A stretch of DNA of 64,000 bases from Candidatus Thalassospirochaeta sargassi (GCA_028532855.1 JAQQAL010000044.1:14334-78333); one strand, 5' to 3'; counted from the stretch's first letter, positions 1 through 9,024 are shown. The notes: generated from the sequence alone by a model not told the origin. Numbers and translations: made by a program.

Positions 1-1911
1 AAGCAGAGACGGGATTGGTGCATTTTCTGCGTTGATATTGCGATCAGACAATATTATGAATGTCTTGCCGGCCTTTACCTGCTCGATTGCCTCGCTGCAG
101 ATGCGGTTCAGGGCTTCTTCGAGGCCCGTTCCGCCGCTGCCGGCTGGAAATACCGAATTGATTACTGCTGAGCTCATGCCGTGCAGATCAATTGCCTTAA
201 GTCTGATTATGTCGTCGTTGGAAAGAATAGGATGCTGCAGTTTAAGCTGGTGACAGTGTTCTTCCGACTCAGTCAGCAGGTTTCCTTCACGCCCAATAAA
301 GCTCATAAGGCTCATAACCAGGTTTTCACGGTAGGGGTCAATCGGAGGATTGGTTACCTGTGCGAAAAGCTGTTTGAAATAGTCGAACAGCAGCGAAGGT
401 CGTGTAGACAGAATGGCAAGGGCTTCATCGTTGCCCATAGAACTCAGTGGTTCCTTGCCTGAAGCTGCCATGGGGGCTATTACCTTTGTAAGCTCTTCGT
501 GGCTTATTCCGAATACCTTCTGGTATTTCTTAACGGTACCAGGTTCGCTTTGTGTAATCTCAGGAACCTGAAAAAGGCCCCTGAGCTCAATTCTGTTTTC
601 ATCCAGCCATCTGCGGTAGGGCTGAGAGCGTGATATCTCTGATTTAATCTCGTTGTCGTACTTAACCCTGTTTTTGAGCATGTCAACTAAGAGCATTTTT
701 CCCGGAGCAAGTCTTCCGTGTTTCAGGATCTCTTCGGGAGGGAAGTCGAGCACGCCGGATTCCGAAGCAAGCACGAATCTGCCGCTTTTTGTGAGGGTCC
801 ATCTTGCGGGTCTCAGGCCGTTACGGTCGAGCGATGCACCTATCTTTTCACCATCGGTAAAAACAATTGCCGCAGGTCCGTCCCAGGGGGCCATTATAGC
901 GGAGTGGTATTCGTAGAATGCCCGCCGGTCCTGGCTTATGTGATAGGTTTGTCCGAAGGCTTCGGGCATCATCATCATTGCCGAATGTTCGATACTGCGT
1001 CCTGAAGACATTAAAAGCTCAAGTACCGAGTCAAAGTTCGCTGAATCGGACAGGCTGTTGTTTGTGACAGGAAGAAGTTTCTTTAGGTCATCTCCGAATT
1101 CTTCAGAGTACAGATTGGGCTCTCTTGCCCTCATTCGGTTTAGATTGCCTTTAAGCGTGTTTATTTCTCCGTTGTGGGCTATGCAGCGAAAAGGCTGTGC
1201 AAGTATCCAGGAAGGAAAGGTGTTTGTACTGTAGCGTTGATGAACAATTGCAAAGGCCGACTTGAAGTCGGCGTTGCTGAGGTCGTCGAAAAAGCTTTCA
1301 AGCTGTTCGGCAACGAACATTCCCTTGTATACAATTGTTCTTGAGGACATCGAAGCAGTGTAGATGTCTTCAATAGAAAAGTGGGCGTCAGCCGCCTTTC
1401 CGTCAATTACCTTTCGTATAAGGTATAGTCTGCGTTCAAGTTCCTTTCCGCTGAGGCTTCCGCATTTAATGAATGCCTGTTTGATTTCCGGGCGTGAGGC
1501 TTCGGCCTTTTCGCCTATGCAGGAAGGGTTAACCGGGACTTTTCGCCAGCCGAGAATTTCAGCACCGTTTTCGGAGCATGCAGATTCGATTATCTTTACC
1601 GCATCTTTGTTCTGATCCGGATTAAGCGGCAGAAAGAACATTCCTATTCCGTATTTTCCGTCTTCGGGCAGCTTTATTTTCAGGTTCTCACATTCATTCC
1701 TAAAGAAGGTGAATGGAATCTGAAAAAGGATCCCTGCTCCGTCTCCGGTGTTGTCGCTTGTTTCGGCGCCTCTGTGAACGAGTTTCTTAAGGATGGTTAG
1801 GCCGTCTTTAATTATCTGGTGTTCCGGAACGCCCGTGATGTTGGCTGTGAAGCCGATACCGCAGGCATCATGTTCAAATGACGGGTCGTATAAGCCCTGT
1901 TTCTGCTGCAT
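1..1911 (-). CDS. gltB: Glutamate synthase large subunit, N-terminal glutamine amidotransferase (Ntn) domain. Partial: the gene continues beyond the window start.
   Basis: Reverse translation from 1911 gives MQQKQGLYDPSFEHDACGIGFTANITGVPEHQII..., the conserved GOGAT N-terminus (YDPxxEhDACGIGF; the catalytic Cys follows the initiator region). It is absent from the ORF track because it is open to the window edge. The RBS cAGGAGttttctATG lies upstream on the minus strand. Confidence 0.9.
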   Translation of the reverse strand, partial: MQQKQGLYDPSFEHDACGIGFTANITGVPEHQIIKDGLTILKKLVHRGAETSDNTGDGAGILFQIPFTFFRNECENLKIKLPEDGKYGIGMFFLPLNPDQNKDAVKIIESACSENGAEILGWRKVPVNPSCIGEKAEASRPEIKQAFIKCGSLSGKELERRLYLIRKVIDGKAADAHFSIEDIYTASMSSRTIVYKGMFVAEQLESFFDDLSNADFKSAFAIVHQRYSTNTFPSWILAQPFRCIAHNGEINTLKGNLNRMRAREPNLYSEEFGDDLKKLLPVTNNSLSDSANFDSVLELLMSSGRSIEHSAMMMMPEAFGQTYHISQDRRAFYEYHSAIMAPWDGPAAIVFTDGEKIGASLDRNGLRPARWTLTKSGRFVLASESGVLDFPPEEILKHGRLAPGKMLLVDMLKNRVKYDNEIKSEISRSQPYRRWLDENRIELRGLFQVPEITQSEPGTVKKYQKVFGISHEELTKVIAPMAASGKEPLSSMGNDEALAILSTRPSLLFDYFKQLFAQVTNPPIDPYRENLVMSLMSFIGREGNLLTESEEHCHQLKLQHPILSNDDIIRLKAIDLHGMSSAVINSVFPAGSGGTGLEEALNRICSEAIEQVKAGKTFIILSDRNINAENAPIPSLL

Positions 1912-1938
1912 AGAAAACTCCTGAATCTTATCATCGTG

Positions 1939-1962
1939 TTTGTGGCAATATATTGCCACAAA
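1939..1962. promoter_or_regulatory. Perfect 24-bp palindrome TTTGTGGCAATATATTGCCACAAA in the gltB promoter region, with an extra TTGTGGCAA half-site at 2004-2012.
   Basis: Read directly. It lies 28-51 bp upstream of the gltB start codon (minus strand). Confidence 0.5.
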
Positions 1963-2086
1963 AAATAACGCAGGTCAATGTTTTTGTGTGTATAAGGGGC
2001 TTATTGTGGCAAAATCTACCGTAAATTTACGAGTAGAGAGAGGAAACAGCTGTTTGGGGTGATATTTTGAGGGTTTTTACGGTAAT

Positions 2087-3094
2087 TTATCGAAAATACT
2101 GGATGCGCTGGGGCAGAGATGAGAAATGAAAGAGTGAGCTGAAATCGGTTATATCTGATACAGCATGGGAAATAACGGTGAAATTGTTTTCAATAAGCGC
2201 GGCAATCGGGTTGAGACCGCCTATTGCAATGCCGCCCGCACGACCCACATTTATCGGTATTTCAAGCAGCGGATGTTCCGGGTATCCGAATTTAAGCACA
2301 TTGCCCAGACCCAGCTTCTCCAGCCGGCCGGCAATGCGAGCAGCCTGTCGTCTGGCTTCTGACGGAATCTCGAAAAGGTTGGCGCCAATTCGCCCCCTGC
2401 CTGATTCGCTGATTTCGGAAAAATCCAACATCCTGCTCTGAATGAAAATTTCAAGCGGATCGATACTTGTTCCGTCGTAGTTGATAATCTCAACAAAGCG
2501 TGTCGGGTCACCACCCTCTATCTGTAGAAGTCCGCCGAAGCGGGATTGAACGGGAATGCCGTTTTTTGTGAGCACTCCGTTAAGGGTGAACGAGCAGACG
2601 GTTCCTATACCGATGTATCCTTCAGGGACGGTGTAGATACCGGTCTGTTCTCCTTCCTTGTATAGACGAATCAGCTGCCCCATTGTGTAGCCGGTTCTGT
2701 ATACGGGAATTAGAAGCTCAACGGCTTTATCGAGTTCAGTTTTTTTAATGTAGCTGATATTTATGATAACCGAACCCTTTTGGTTCCTGATGTCGAAATC
2801 CATCCGCCAGGCCATCTGTTCAATCCTGGTGTTCAGGAAGCCTACCTTCTCAAAAACCCTGGATGCTTCAAGCTCGCGGATCCCGGTTGCTGTTATGAAT
2901 CGCCCGTGTTTTTCTGAATATTCGGTAAGACCTTCCTCGTCCATTGATTTAAGGTGGTGCCGAATTGTTCTGGGACTTATATCATATCCGAGATCAAGCA
3001 ACTCATCAGTAATGATGTTGCTTGCAAGCGGTTCCCCGGCGTCCCGGAGTACTCTTAATATTGCAAGGCGTTTCTTTTCAATCCGATCCTTCAT
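2087..3094 (-). CDS. NrpR-like nitrogen regulatory protein: N-terminal winged HTH plus NrpR regulatory (DUF128-type) domain. This is the archaeal-type 2-oxoglutarate-sensing repressor family.
   Basis: 335-aa ORF. The N-terminus KKRLAILRVLRDAGEPLASNIITDELLDLGYDISPRTIRHHLKSMDEEGLTE follows the NrpR wHTH pattern of methanogen NrpR. It sits between gltB and a sigma54 activator/amtB-glnK-glnN. Family assignment is from memory of the NrpR fold pattern and was not searched. Confidence 0.55.
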   Translation of the reverse strand: MKDRIEKKRLAILRVLRDAGEPLASNIITDELLDLGYDISPRTIRHHLKSMDEEGLTEYSEKHGRFITATGIRELEASRVFEKVGFLNTRIEQMAWRMDFDIRNQKGSVIINISYIKKTELDKAVELLIPVYRTGYTMGQLIRLYKEGEQTGIYTVPEGYIGIGTVCSFTLNGVLTKNGIPVQSRFGGLLQIEGGDPTRFVEIINYDGTSIDPLEIFIQSRMLDFSEISESGRGRIGANLFEIPSEARRQAARIAGRLEKLGLGNVLKFGYPEHPLLEIPINVGRAGGIAIGGLNPIAALIENNFTVISHAVSDITDFSSLFHFSSLPQRIQYFR

Positions 3095-3201
3095 GTATGT
3101 AGATAATTACATGAGTTTGCATAACATGTAAAGTTAAAATTATCCTTTTTACAATTACAGGTATTAACTATATGTATATATTGGGATATATTTTAATTGA
3201 A

Positions 3202-3217
3202 CCTACGTAAATGTAGG
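3202..3217. promoter_or_regulatory. Inverted repeat CCTACgtaaatGTAGG (TGTAGGA motif) overlapping the start of the sigma54 activator gene.
   Basis: 5-bp arms are read directly. The same ATGTAGGAT core recurs at 4781-4800 and 4821-4829, upstream of the amtB sigma54 promoter. Confidence 0.45.
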
Positions 3218-4774
3218 ATGGAGAAGACAAATTTGACAGATATCAGAGATTCCCACTATCGCAGACAGGTAATAGAACAGTCTGCTCTCTATGAGATAAG
3301 CAGTATTCTTGACGGCAGTGAAGATCTTCAACATGCTATTTCCCCTATTCTTGATGTACTTGCTGATCAGCTTGATATGAAGCGAAGTACGGTTACCCTT
3401 CTTAACAGGCTTACTGATGAGGTCCAGATAGAAGCGGCACACGGGCTTTCGGAGCAGCAGCGGATTAGGGGTAGATACAGCCCTGGTGAAGGTATAATAG
3501 GAAGGGTTATAAAAAGCGGCGAGTATGAAGTGATTCCAGATATCAGTGATGAGCCTGATTTTCTGGACCGGACACAGGCGCGAGCGTCACTTCAGGGTAG
3601 ACGAAATGCTTTTATATGTCTTCCCATCAAGATTGAGGGCCGGGTTATAGGTACCTTGAGTATTGACCGTGTACATGACGGTGAGGATGATTTCAGCAGC
3701 GACGTCAGGTTTTTAAGTATTGTTGCTTCCATGATAGCCCAGGCTGTTAAGGTTAGACGTCGGGTCCAGGAAGAGAAGGATCGAAATAAAGAGCTTCAGA
3801 AAAAGCTTGAAAATAAATTCACACCAACAAACATAATTGGAAAATCCAATGCGATGCGTGAGGTTTTTGATCTGGTTGAACAGGTTTCAAACAGCAGCGC
3901 AACGGTTCTGATTCGCGGTGAGAGCGGAACCGGAAAGGAGCTTGTGGCCCAGGCTATTCACTATAACAGCCCCCGGGCACATCTTCCCTTTATAAAGGTG
4001 AACTGTGCGGCATTGCCGGAGTCGGTGATTGAAAGCGAGCTGTTCGGCCATGAAAAGGGGGCGTTCACTTCAGCAATTGCTTCACGAAAAGGTCGTTTTG
4101 AGCTTGCGCATAACGGTACAATATTCCTCGATGAAATTGGTGAACTTTCGCCTATGACCCAGGTTAAGCTGTTGAGGGTTCTTCAGGAACAGGAATTTGA
4201 GCGGGTTGGCGGTACTGAAACCATCAAGATCAATGTTCGGGTAATCGCAGCGACAAACCGTCCCCTTGAAGAAATGATGACTTCAGGAGAGTTCCGGGAG
4301 GATCTTTATTATCGCCTGAATGTTTTTCCGGTGAACATGCCCCCCCTGCGGGAGCGGAAATCGGATATTATTCTGATTGCGGATGCCTTTGCTGAAAAGT
4401 ATGGTAAGCGCAATAATAAGGAAATAAAAAGAATTTCAACCCCAGCCATAGAGCTTTTGATGAGTTATCACTGGCCTGGAAACGTTCGTGAGTTGGAAAA
4501 CTGTATTGAGAGGGCCGTGCTTCTTACCTCCGACGGAGTTATTCACGGTAACCTTCTGCCGCCAAGCCTTCAGTCGGCTGAATCTACCGACAGTGCTTCA
4601 ATTACGGGGCTTCAGGCTGCACTTGACCGGTTGGAAGTAGAGCTTCTTGAAGAAGCGCTGAAGTCGACTAAAGGAAATATGGCAAAGGCTGCACGTCTGC
4701 TTGAGATTACCGAGCGTAAGATGGGCTTAAGGGTCGCGAAATACGGTATAGATCCGAAAAAATACGGAAGTTAA
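3218..4774 (+). CDS. Sigma54-dependent transcriptional activator (GAF sensor, AAA+ sigma54-interaction domain, C-terminal Fis-type HTH); NifA/NtrC-like.
   Basis: Walker A GESGTGKE is present. The GAFTGA-type loop appears as ESELFGHEKGAFTSA. Other motifs include RVIAATNRPLEEM and REDLYYRLNVFPV, and the C-terminal HTH is NMAKAARLLEITERKMGLRVAKYGI. The N-terminus is GAF-like. The ORF track starts at TTG 3197; the in-frame ATG at 3218 is more likely the start. Confidence 0.9.
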   Translation: MEKTNLTDIRDSHYRRQVIEQSALYEISSILDGSEDLQHAISPILDVLADQLDMKRSTVTLLNRLTDEVQIEAAHGLSEQQRIRGRYSPGEGIIGRVIKSGEYEVIPDISDEPDFLDRTQARASLQGRRNAFICLPIKIEGRVIGTLSIDRVHDGEDDFSSDVRFLSIVASMIAQAVKVRRRVQEEKDRNKELQKKLENKFTPTNIIGKSNAMREVFDLVEQVSNSSATVLIRGESGTGKELVAQAIHYNSPRAHLPFIKVNCAALPESVIESELFGHEKGAFTSAIASRKGRFELAHNGTIFLDEIGELSPMTQVKLLRVLQEQEFERVGGTETIKINVRVIAATNRPLEEMMTSGEFREDLYYRLNVFPVNMPPLRERKSDIILIADAFAEKYGKRNNKEIKRISTPAIELLMSYHWPGNVRELENCIERAVLLTSDGVIHGNLLPPSLQSAESTDSASITGLQAALDRLEVELLEEALKSTKGNMAKAARLLEITERKMGLRVAKYGIDPKKYGS

Positions 4775-4780
4775 AAAAAC

Positions 4781-4800
4781 ATCCTACATTTTTGTAGGAT
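4781..4800. promoter_or_regulatory. Perfect inverted repeat ATCCTACA-tttt-TGTAGGAT, a candidate enhancer (UAS) for the sigma54 activator, about 140 bp upstream of the amtB sigma54 promoter.
   Basis: 8-bp perfect arms. A further TGTAGGA half-site lies at 4823-4829, and a perfect 12-bp palindrome TACCTTAAGGTA lies at 4833-4844. Confidence 0.5.
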
Positions 4801-4935
4801 TAAGTCGGATCGGAAACAAAAATGTAGGAAAATACCTTAAGGTATAAAAGTTGAATTTTAATAAAGAAAAATATATTTTTTATAAATCTATATACAGCAA
4901 TAACTTATAGTTTTTAATATTTTTTTCATGAAAGT

Positions 4936-4951
4936 TGGCACGTCGCTTGCA
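4936..4951 (+). promoter_or_regulatory. Sigma54 (RpoN) promoter for amtB-glnK: TGGCACgtcgcTTGCA.
   Basis: Exact match to the -24/-12 consensus TGGCAC-N5-TTGCA. It ends about 40 bp upstream of the amtB ATG at 4991. Confidence 0.85.
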
Positions 4952-4990
4952 TTATAGGAAGTGGGTAGAAAAACTTTCGAGGAGAAAAAT

Positions 4991-6325
4991 ATGAAGATTA
5001 AGAGGATTTTAATCCTTACAGCAGCCGGTTTGCTTTTGACTGGAACAGCGTTATTTGCTGATGACACGGCTGACACCCTGGCGCTCTATTCAGACGCCTT
5101 CGACATGATTTGGCTGGTTCTGGCCGCAGCGCTTGTCTTTTTTATGCAGGCCGGATTCGCAATGGTCGAGGTCGGTTTGACAAGAGCCAAGAATGCCGGA
5201 AATATCATCATGAAAAACCTGATGGATTTCTCTGCTGGAGCAGTAGCGTTCTTTGCCGTAGGCTGGGCTTTTATGTACGGTTCGACTGCAGGAGGATTTA
5301 TTGGTACCGATCAGTTCTTTATTCTTGGAGCTGATTCCGCAGTACTTAGAGACTGGATTTTCCAGGTAGTATTTGCAGCTACAGCAGCGACAATCGTGTC
5401 CGGAGCTATGGCTGAAAGAACAAAGTTTACCAGTTATTTGATTTATTCTGTTGTAATTTCAGCAGTAATTTATCCGATATCAGGACACTGGATATGGAGC
5501 GGAGTAGGCTGGTTAGGTAATCTTGGCTTTCATGATTTTGCCGGTTCTACTGTTGTGCACTCCGTAGGTGGATGGGCTGCTCTTGCCGGAGCAATAGTAC
5601 TTGGTCCCAGAATGGGAAAATATGTCGAAGTGAACGGTAAGAAGATAAGCAAAGCCATTCCTGGGCATAACATGCCTCTTGCAGCTCTGGGTGTTTTCAT
5701 CCTGTGGTTCGGCTGGTATGGATTTAACTGCGGATCAACTCTTTCAGGTACTGATCTAAGTATATCACATGTAGCTGTAACAACTACATTAGCTGCTTCA
5801 ACCGGTGCAATCGGAGCAATGATTACATCCTGGATTCAGTTTGGAAGACCGGACCCTTCAATGTCGCTTAACGGTGCACTTGCGGGTCTTGTAGGAATTA
5901 CAGCCGGTACAGCAGTAGTTTCTCCGATAGGATCACTGATAATCGGTCTTGTCGCAGGTATCCTTGTAGTTCTTTCGGTTGAGTTTTTTGACAAGGTTCT
6001 GAAGATTGATGACCCTGTTGGAGCCGTTTCAGTACATGGGGTGTGCGGAGTATGGGGAACAATAGCTGTTGGCCTGTTTGCTGTGCCCGGTGCACTGGAT
6101 AATGCCGGTCTGTTCTACGGCGGCGGCGCTGCACAGCTTGGTATTCAGGCACTAGGAGCAGTATCAGTTTTTGCATGGGTGTTCATCCTGGCATTATTGC
6201 TTTTTACCATTATCAGCAAGACTGTTGGACTTAGAGTTGATTCAAAAGACGAGCTTGAAGGTCTTGATACAAGCGAGCATGGAATGGAATCGTACAGCGG
6301 TTTCCAGATTTTCAGCAACATGTAG
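4991..6325 (+). CDS. amtB: Ammonium transporter (Amt family) with signal peptide.
   Basis: About 11 TM segments. Amt signature regions include AERTKFTSYLIYS, GAIVLGPRMGKY and GLDTSEHGMESYSGF. RBS GAGGAGaaaaatATG at 4991. The ORF-track start at 4961 lies at or inside the sigma54 promoter footprint, so it is less likely. Confidence 0.93.
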   Translation: MKIKRILILTAAGLLLTGTALFADDTADTLALYSDAFDMIWLVLAAALVFFMQAGFAMVEVGLTRAKNAGNIIMKNLMDFSAGAVAFFAVGWAFMYGSTAGGFIGTDQFFILGADSAVLRDWIFQVVFAATAATIVSGAMAERTKFTSYLIYSVVISAVIYPISGHWIWSGVGWLGNLGFHDFAGSTVVHSVGGWAALAGAIVLGPRMGKYVEVNGKKISKAIPGHNMPLAALGVFILWFGWYGFNCGSTLSGTDLSISHVAVTTTLAASTGAIGAMITSWIQFGRPDPSMSLNGALAGLVGITAGTAVVSPIGSLIIGLVAGILVVLSVEFFDKVLKIDDPVGAVSVHGVCGVWGTIAVGLFAVPGALDNAGLFYGGGAAQLGIQALGAVSVFAWVFILALLLFTIISKTVGLRVDSKDELEGLDTSEHGMESYSGFQIFSNM

Positions 6326-6339
6326 GGAGGAGATGAAAG

Positions 6340-6681
6340 ATGAAGTTAATTACAGCTTTTATTCAGCCGCATATGCTGAATGACGTAAAACAGGAATTGT
6401 ATAAGAATGAGATTTATAAAATGTCCGTAACCAATACATTGGGTTGCGGTCAGCAGATGGGTTACCATGAATCATACAGAGGTGTTGATATTGAGGTTAA
6501 TCTGCTGAAAAAAATAAGGCTTGATATTGCAGTCAATGAAGACTTCGTTAAGCCGACCGTCGATGCTATCATCGAGGGAGCAAGAACCGGAGAAATTGGA
6601 GACGGCAAAATCTTCGTGACGCCCATTGAGGAATGTATCCGAATAAGAAACGGAGAAACCGGAAGGGTAGCTATCGGATAA
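6340..6681 (+). CDS. glnK: PII nitrogen regulatory protein, GlnK-type (amtB-linked).
   Basis: 113 aa with the typical PII size and amtB linkage. Sequence segments such as [22 protein letters not shown] match PII. RBS GGGAGGAGatgaaagATG. Confidence 0.93.
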   Translation: MKLITAFIQPHMLNDVKQELYKNEIYKMSVTNTLGCGQQMGYHESYRGVDIEVNLLKKIRLDIAVNEDFVKPTVDAIIEGARTGEIGDGKIFVTPIEECIRIRNGETGRVAIG

Positions 6682-6719
6682 TCCGATAAACTTGGGTCGG
6701 CGGACTTTTGTTCGCCGCT

Positions 6720-6758
6720 CTTAGTTGAGAAGCAGAATTTATCTGCTTCTCAACTAAG
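6720..6758 (+). terminator. Perfect 16-bp stem-loop (cttagttgagaagcag / ctgcttctcaactaag, 7-nt loop) after glnK. Likely a terminator or attenuator; the downstream tract is U/G-rich, not a clean U-run.
   Basis: Arms are exact reverse complements, read directly from the sequence. Confidence 0.5.
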
Positions 6759-6783
6759 GGGTGGTTCCCTTTGTTTGTGTGTG

Positions 6784-6836
6784 GAGGAATCGACGATGTC
6801 GATTCCTCTGAAGAAGCGGGTTTCCCGCTTCTTCAG
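6784..6836 (+). promoter_or_regulatory. Two abutting perfect hairpins in the glnN leader: 6784-6808 (11-bp arms gaggaatcgac/gtcgattcctc, 3-nt loop) and 6808-6836 (13-bp arms ctgaagaagcggg/cccgcttcttcag, 3-nt loop).
   Basis: Both arm pairs are exact reverse complements. They sit between the glnK stem-loop and the SD-supported glnN start codons. Confidence 0.5.
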
Positions 6837-6900
6837 ATATATAACCAAAAAATTATCTGCTATGACAGATTTGGAGAATAAAATTTTAAGGAGTTTTCAA

Positions 6901-9024
6901 ATGAATTGTGCTGTTGATTTTTCAGCTGCTCAGCTGCATGAAATTTACGGAGCTAACTGCTTCTCTGACTCGGAGATGAGAGCAAGGCTGCCTAAGAGTG
7001 TCTACAAAGAAGTTAAAGAGGTTCAGGAGGGTGCTAAGCCCCTGACACTGGCTGTTGCAGAGGTTGTTGCTTCCGCAATGAAAGACTGGGCAATCGATAA
7101 GGGGGCCACTCACTATACACACTGGTTTCAGCCATTGACAGGATCAACTGCAGAGAAACATGATTCTTTTATCTCACCACTGCCTGACGGCAAGGTTATG
7201 ATGGAGTTTTCAGGAAAGGAACTGATTAAGGGTGAGCCCGATGCATCAAGTTTCCCTTCGGGGGGCTTGAGAGCGACCTTTGAAGCAAGAGGGTATACTG
7301 CCTGGGACACTACATCTCCTGCCTTCGTCCGTGAAGATGAATCAGGGGTTACGCTTTGTATACCTACCGCATTTGTTTCATACAACGGAGAGGCTCTTGA
7401 TAAGAAGGTGCCACTGCTGCGGTCGATGGATGCACTTAATGCACAGGCTCTAAGAGTTCTGAAAACTCTTGGTGTTGATGCCGGTAAGGTAACACCTACA
7501 ATTGGTCCCGAACAGGAATACTTTCTTATCCAGAGAGAACTTTATGACAAACGATCAGACCTCATGCTCAGCGGACGGACAGTTTTTGGAACTATGCCAG
7601 CTAAGGGTCAGGAAATGGATGACCATTATTTTGGTAATATAAAAGAAAAAGCAGCTGCTTTTATGAGCGAACTGAACTACGAGCTTTGGAAGCTTGGAAT
7701 ATCGGCAAAGACTCAGCACAATGAAGTAGCTCCGAACCAGTTCGAGCTTGCTCCAATTTTCGATTCAGCCAATGTTGCTACCGACAGGAATCAGCTTGTA
7801 ATGGCAAGCATGGAAAAAATTGCAGCCCGTCATGGAATGGTTGCACTTCTGCATGAGAAACCATTTGCAGGTGTAAACGGCTCAGGTAAGCACAACAACT
7901 GGTCCATGTCTACGGATACAGGATTGAACCTGCTGGAACCTGGTGCCAGCCCTGAGGATAATGCAAACTTTCTTTTATTCCTGGTAGCAGTTATTAAAGC
8001 TGTAGATGTATATGCGGATCTGCTCAGGGCAACCGCTTCAAATTCAGGTAATGATCACAGGCTTGGTGCTAACGAAGCCCCTCCCGCGATTATTTCAATC
8101 TTTCTTGGCGAACAGCTAGAAAGCATTCTGGAAAGTCTTTCAGAGGGCAAGCCTGTTCAGTCTGCAACCGGCGAAACCCTTGAAATCGGTATGACTAGTC
8201 TTCCGGATCTTCCGAAAGACCTTACTGACCGGAACAGAACGTCGCCCTTTGCTTTCACGGGTAACAAATTTGAGTTCAGGATGGTACCGTCTTCCGCTTC
8301 TATTGCCGGACCTAATACGGCTCTGAATACCGCGGTAGCAGAGATTCTTTCCGATTTTGCTGACAGACTTGAAAAAGCGTCTGATATCAAAGCGGAAATT
8401 GCAGCAATTGTAAAAGAAACATATAAGGCGCATAAGCGTGTGATTTTTAACGGCAACGGATACTCAGATGAATGGGTTGAAGAGGCGGAGAAGAGGGGAC
8501 TTCCGAACATTAAATCCACCATTGAAGCTATTCCCGTATACGAGGGAAGTCCTTCAGTTGAGCTATTTGGAAAACATGGTGTTTTCTCAAAAGAAGAGCT
8601 TGAATCCAGGGTTGAGATTTATCTGGAAAAATACAGTATGCAGATCAATGTTGAAGCAAAGATTATGGTGGAAATGGCTGAAAAGCAGATTTACGCCGCC
8701 GCGGCCAGATACGGCAAGGCTCTCAGTGAGACTATCCTGAAAGCCAAGGAAGCTGTTGCGTCATTCAATACCGGTGTATACGAAAAAACTATGATGAAGC
8801 TTTCAGAAAATGTTAATGGTCTTATGGAGACGGTTGAGGAGCTTAAGGCTCTTATTGCCAAGGCCGGAGACGAAGAAGATGTTAAGAAGGCTGCATCATT
8901 GTTCAGGAACGAAGTATTCGCAAAGATGGGAGAGGTAAGAGAGTACGGAGATGCTCTTGAAGAAATTATCCCGAAAGATGAATGGCCGTTCCCGACTTAC
9001 GAAGACCTCCTTTTCAGGCTCTAG
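6901..9024 (+). CDS. glnN: Glutamine synthetase type III (GlnN).
   Basis: About 710-750 aa, the type III size. Conserved GS-III blocks include HYTHWFQPLTG, EPDASSFPSGGLRATFEARGYTAWD, NEVAPNQFELAPIF, GVNGSGKHNNWS, RLGANEAPPAIISIFLG and RNRTSPFAFTGNKFEFR. ATG 6901 has a strong SD (AAGGAGttttcaaATG). The ORF track opens at 6775; in-frame ATG 6862 is an alternative start. Confidence 0.9.
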   Translation: MNCAVDFSAAQLHEIYGANCFSDSEMRARLPKSVYKEVKEVQEGAKPLTLAVAEVVASAMKDWAIDKGATHYTHWFQPLTGSTAEKHDSFISPLPDGKVMMEFSGKELIKGEPDASSFPSGGLRATFEARGYTAWDTTSPAFVREDESGVTLCIPTAFVSYNGEALDKKVPLLRSMDALNAQALRVLKTLGVDAGKVTPTIGPEQEYFLIQRELYDKRSDLMLSGRTVFGTMPAKGQEMDDHYFGNIKEKAAAFMSELNYELWKLGISAKTQHNEVAPNQFELAPIFDSANVATDRNQLVMASMEKIAARHGMVALLHEKPFAGVNGSGKHNNWSMSTDTGLNLLEPGASPEDNANFLLFLVAVIKAVDVYADLLRATASNSGNDHRLGANEAPPAIISIFLGEQLESILESLSEGKPVQSATGETLEIGMTSLPDLPKDLTDRNRTSPFAFTGNKFEFRMVPSSASIAGPNTALNTAVAEILSDFADRLEKASDIKAEIAAIVKETYKAHKRVIFNGNGYSDEWVEEAEKRGLPNIKSTIEAIPVYEGSPSVELFGKHGVFSKEELESRVEIYLEKYSMQINVEAKIMVEMAEKQIYAAAARYGKALSETILKAKEAVASFNTGVYEKTMMKLSENVNGLMETVEELKALIAKAGDEEDVKKAASLFRNEVFAKMGEVREYGDALEEIIPKDEWPFPTYEDLLFRL

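Noticed and set aside
1939-1962. Interpreting the TGGCAatataTTGCC palindrome as a sigma54 promoter for gltB
   Set aside because: GG to GC spacing is one nucleotide short of the canonical TGGCAC-N5-TTGC. It is more likely a transcription-factor dyad. It is kept as a regulatory palindrome only.
2044-2055. 12-bp palindrome AAACAGCTGTTT downstream of the NrpR-like gene stop
   Set aside because: It has no spacer and so would form only a minimal hairpin. It is most likely incidental, containing a PvuII-like CAGCTG core, with no supporting U-tract.
2165-3131. Multiple small ORFs overlapping the NrpR-like gene on the opposite strand and in other frames (2165-2362, 2178-2441, 2251-2514, 2763-3131)
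   Set aside because: They lie inside a well-supported 335-aa CDS, have no RBS and no recognisable motifs. They are typical shadow ORFs.
3197-3217. TTG 3197 start for the sigma54 activator
   Set aside because: In-frame ATG 3218 is more plausible. The extra seven codons are embedded in a palindromic regulatory site.
4961-4990. ORF-track start of amtB at 4961
   Set aside because: It would place the start codon inside or next to the sigma54 promoter footprint and transcription start. ATG 4991 has an ideal GAGGAG SD and begins the signal peptide.
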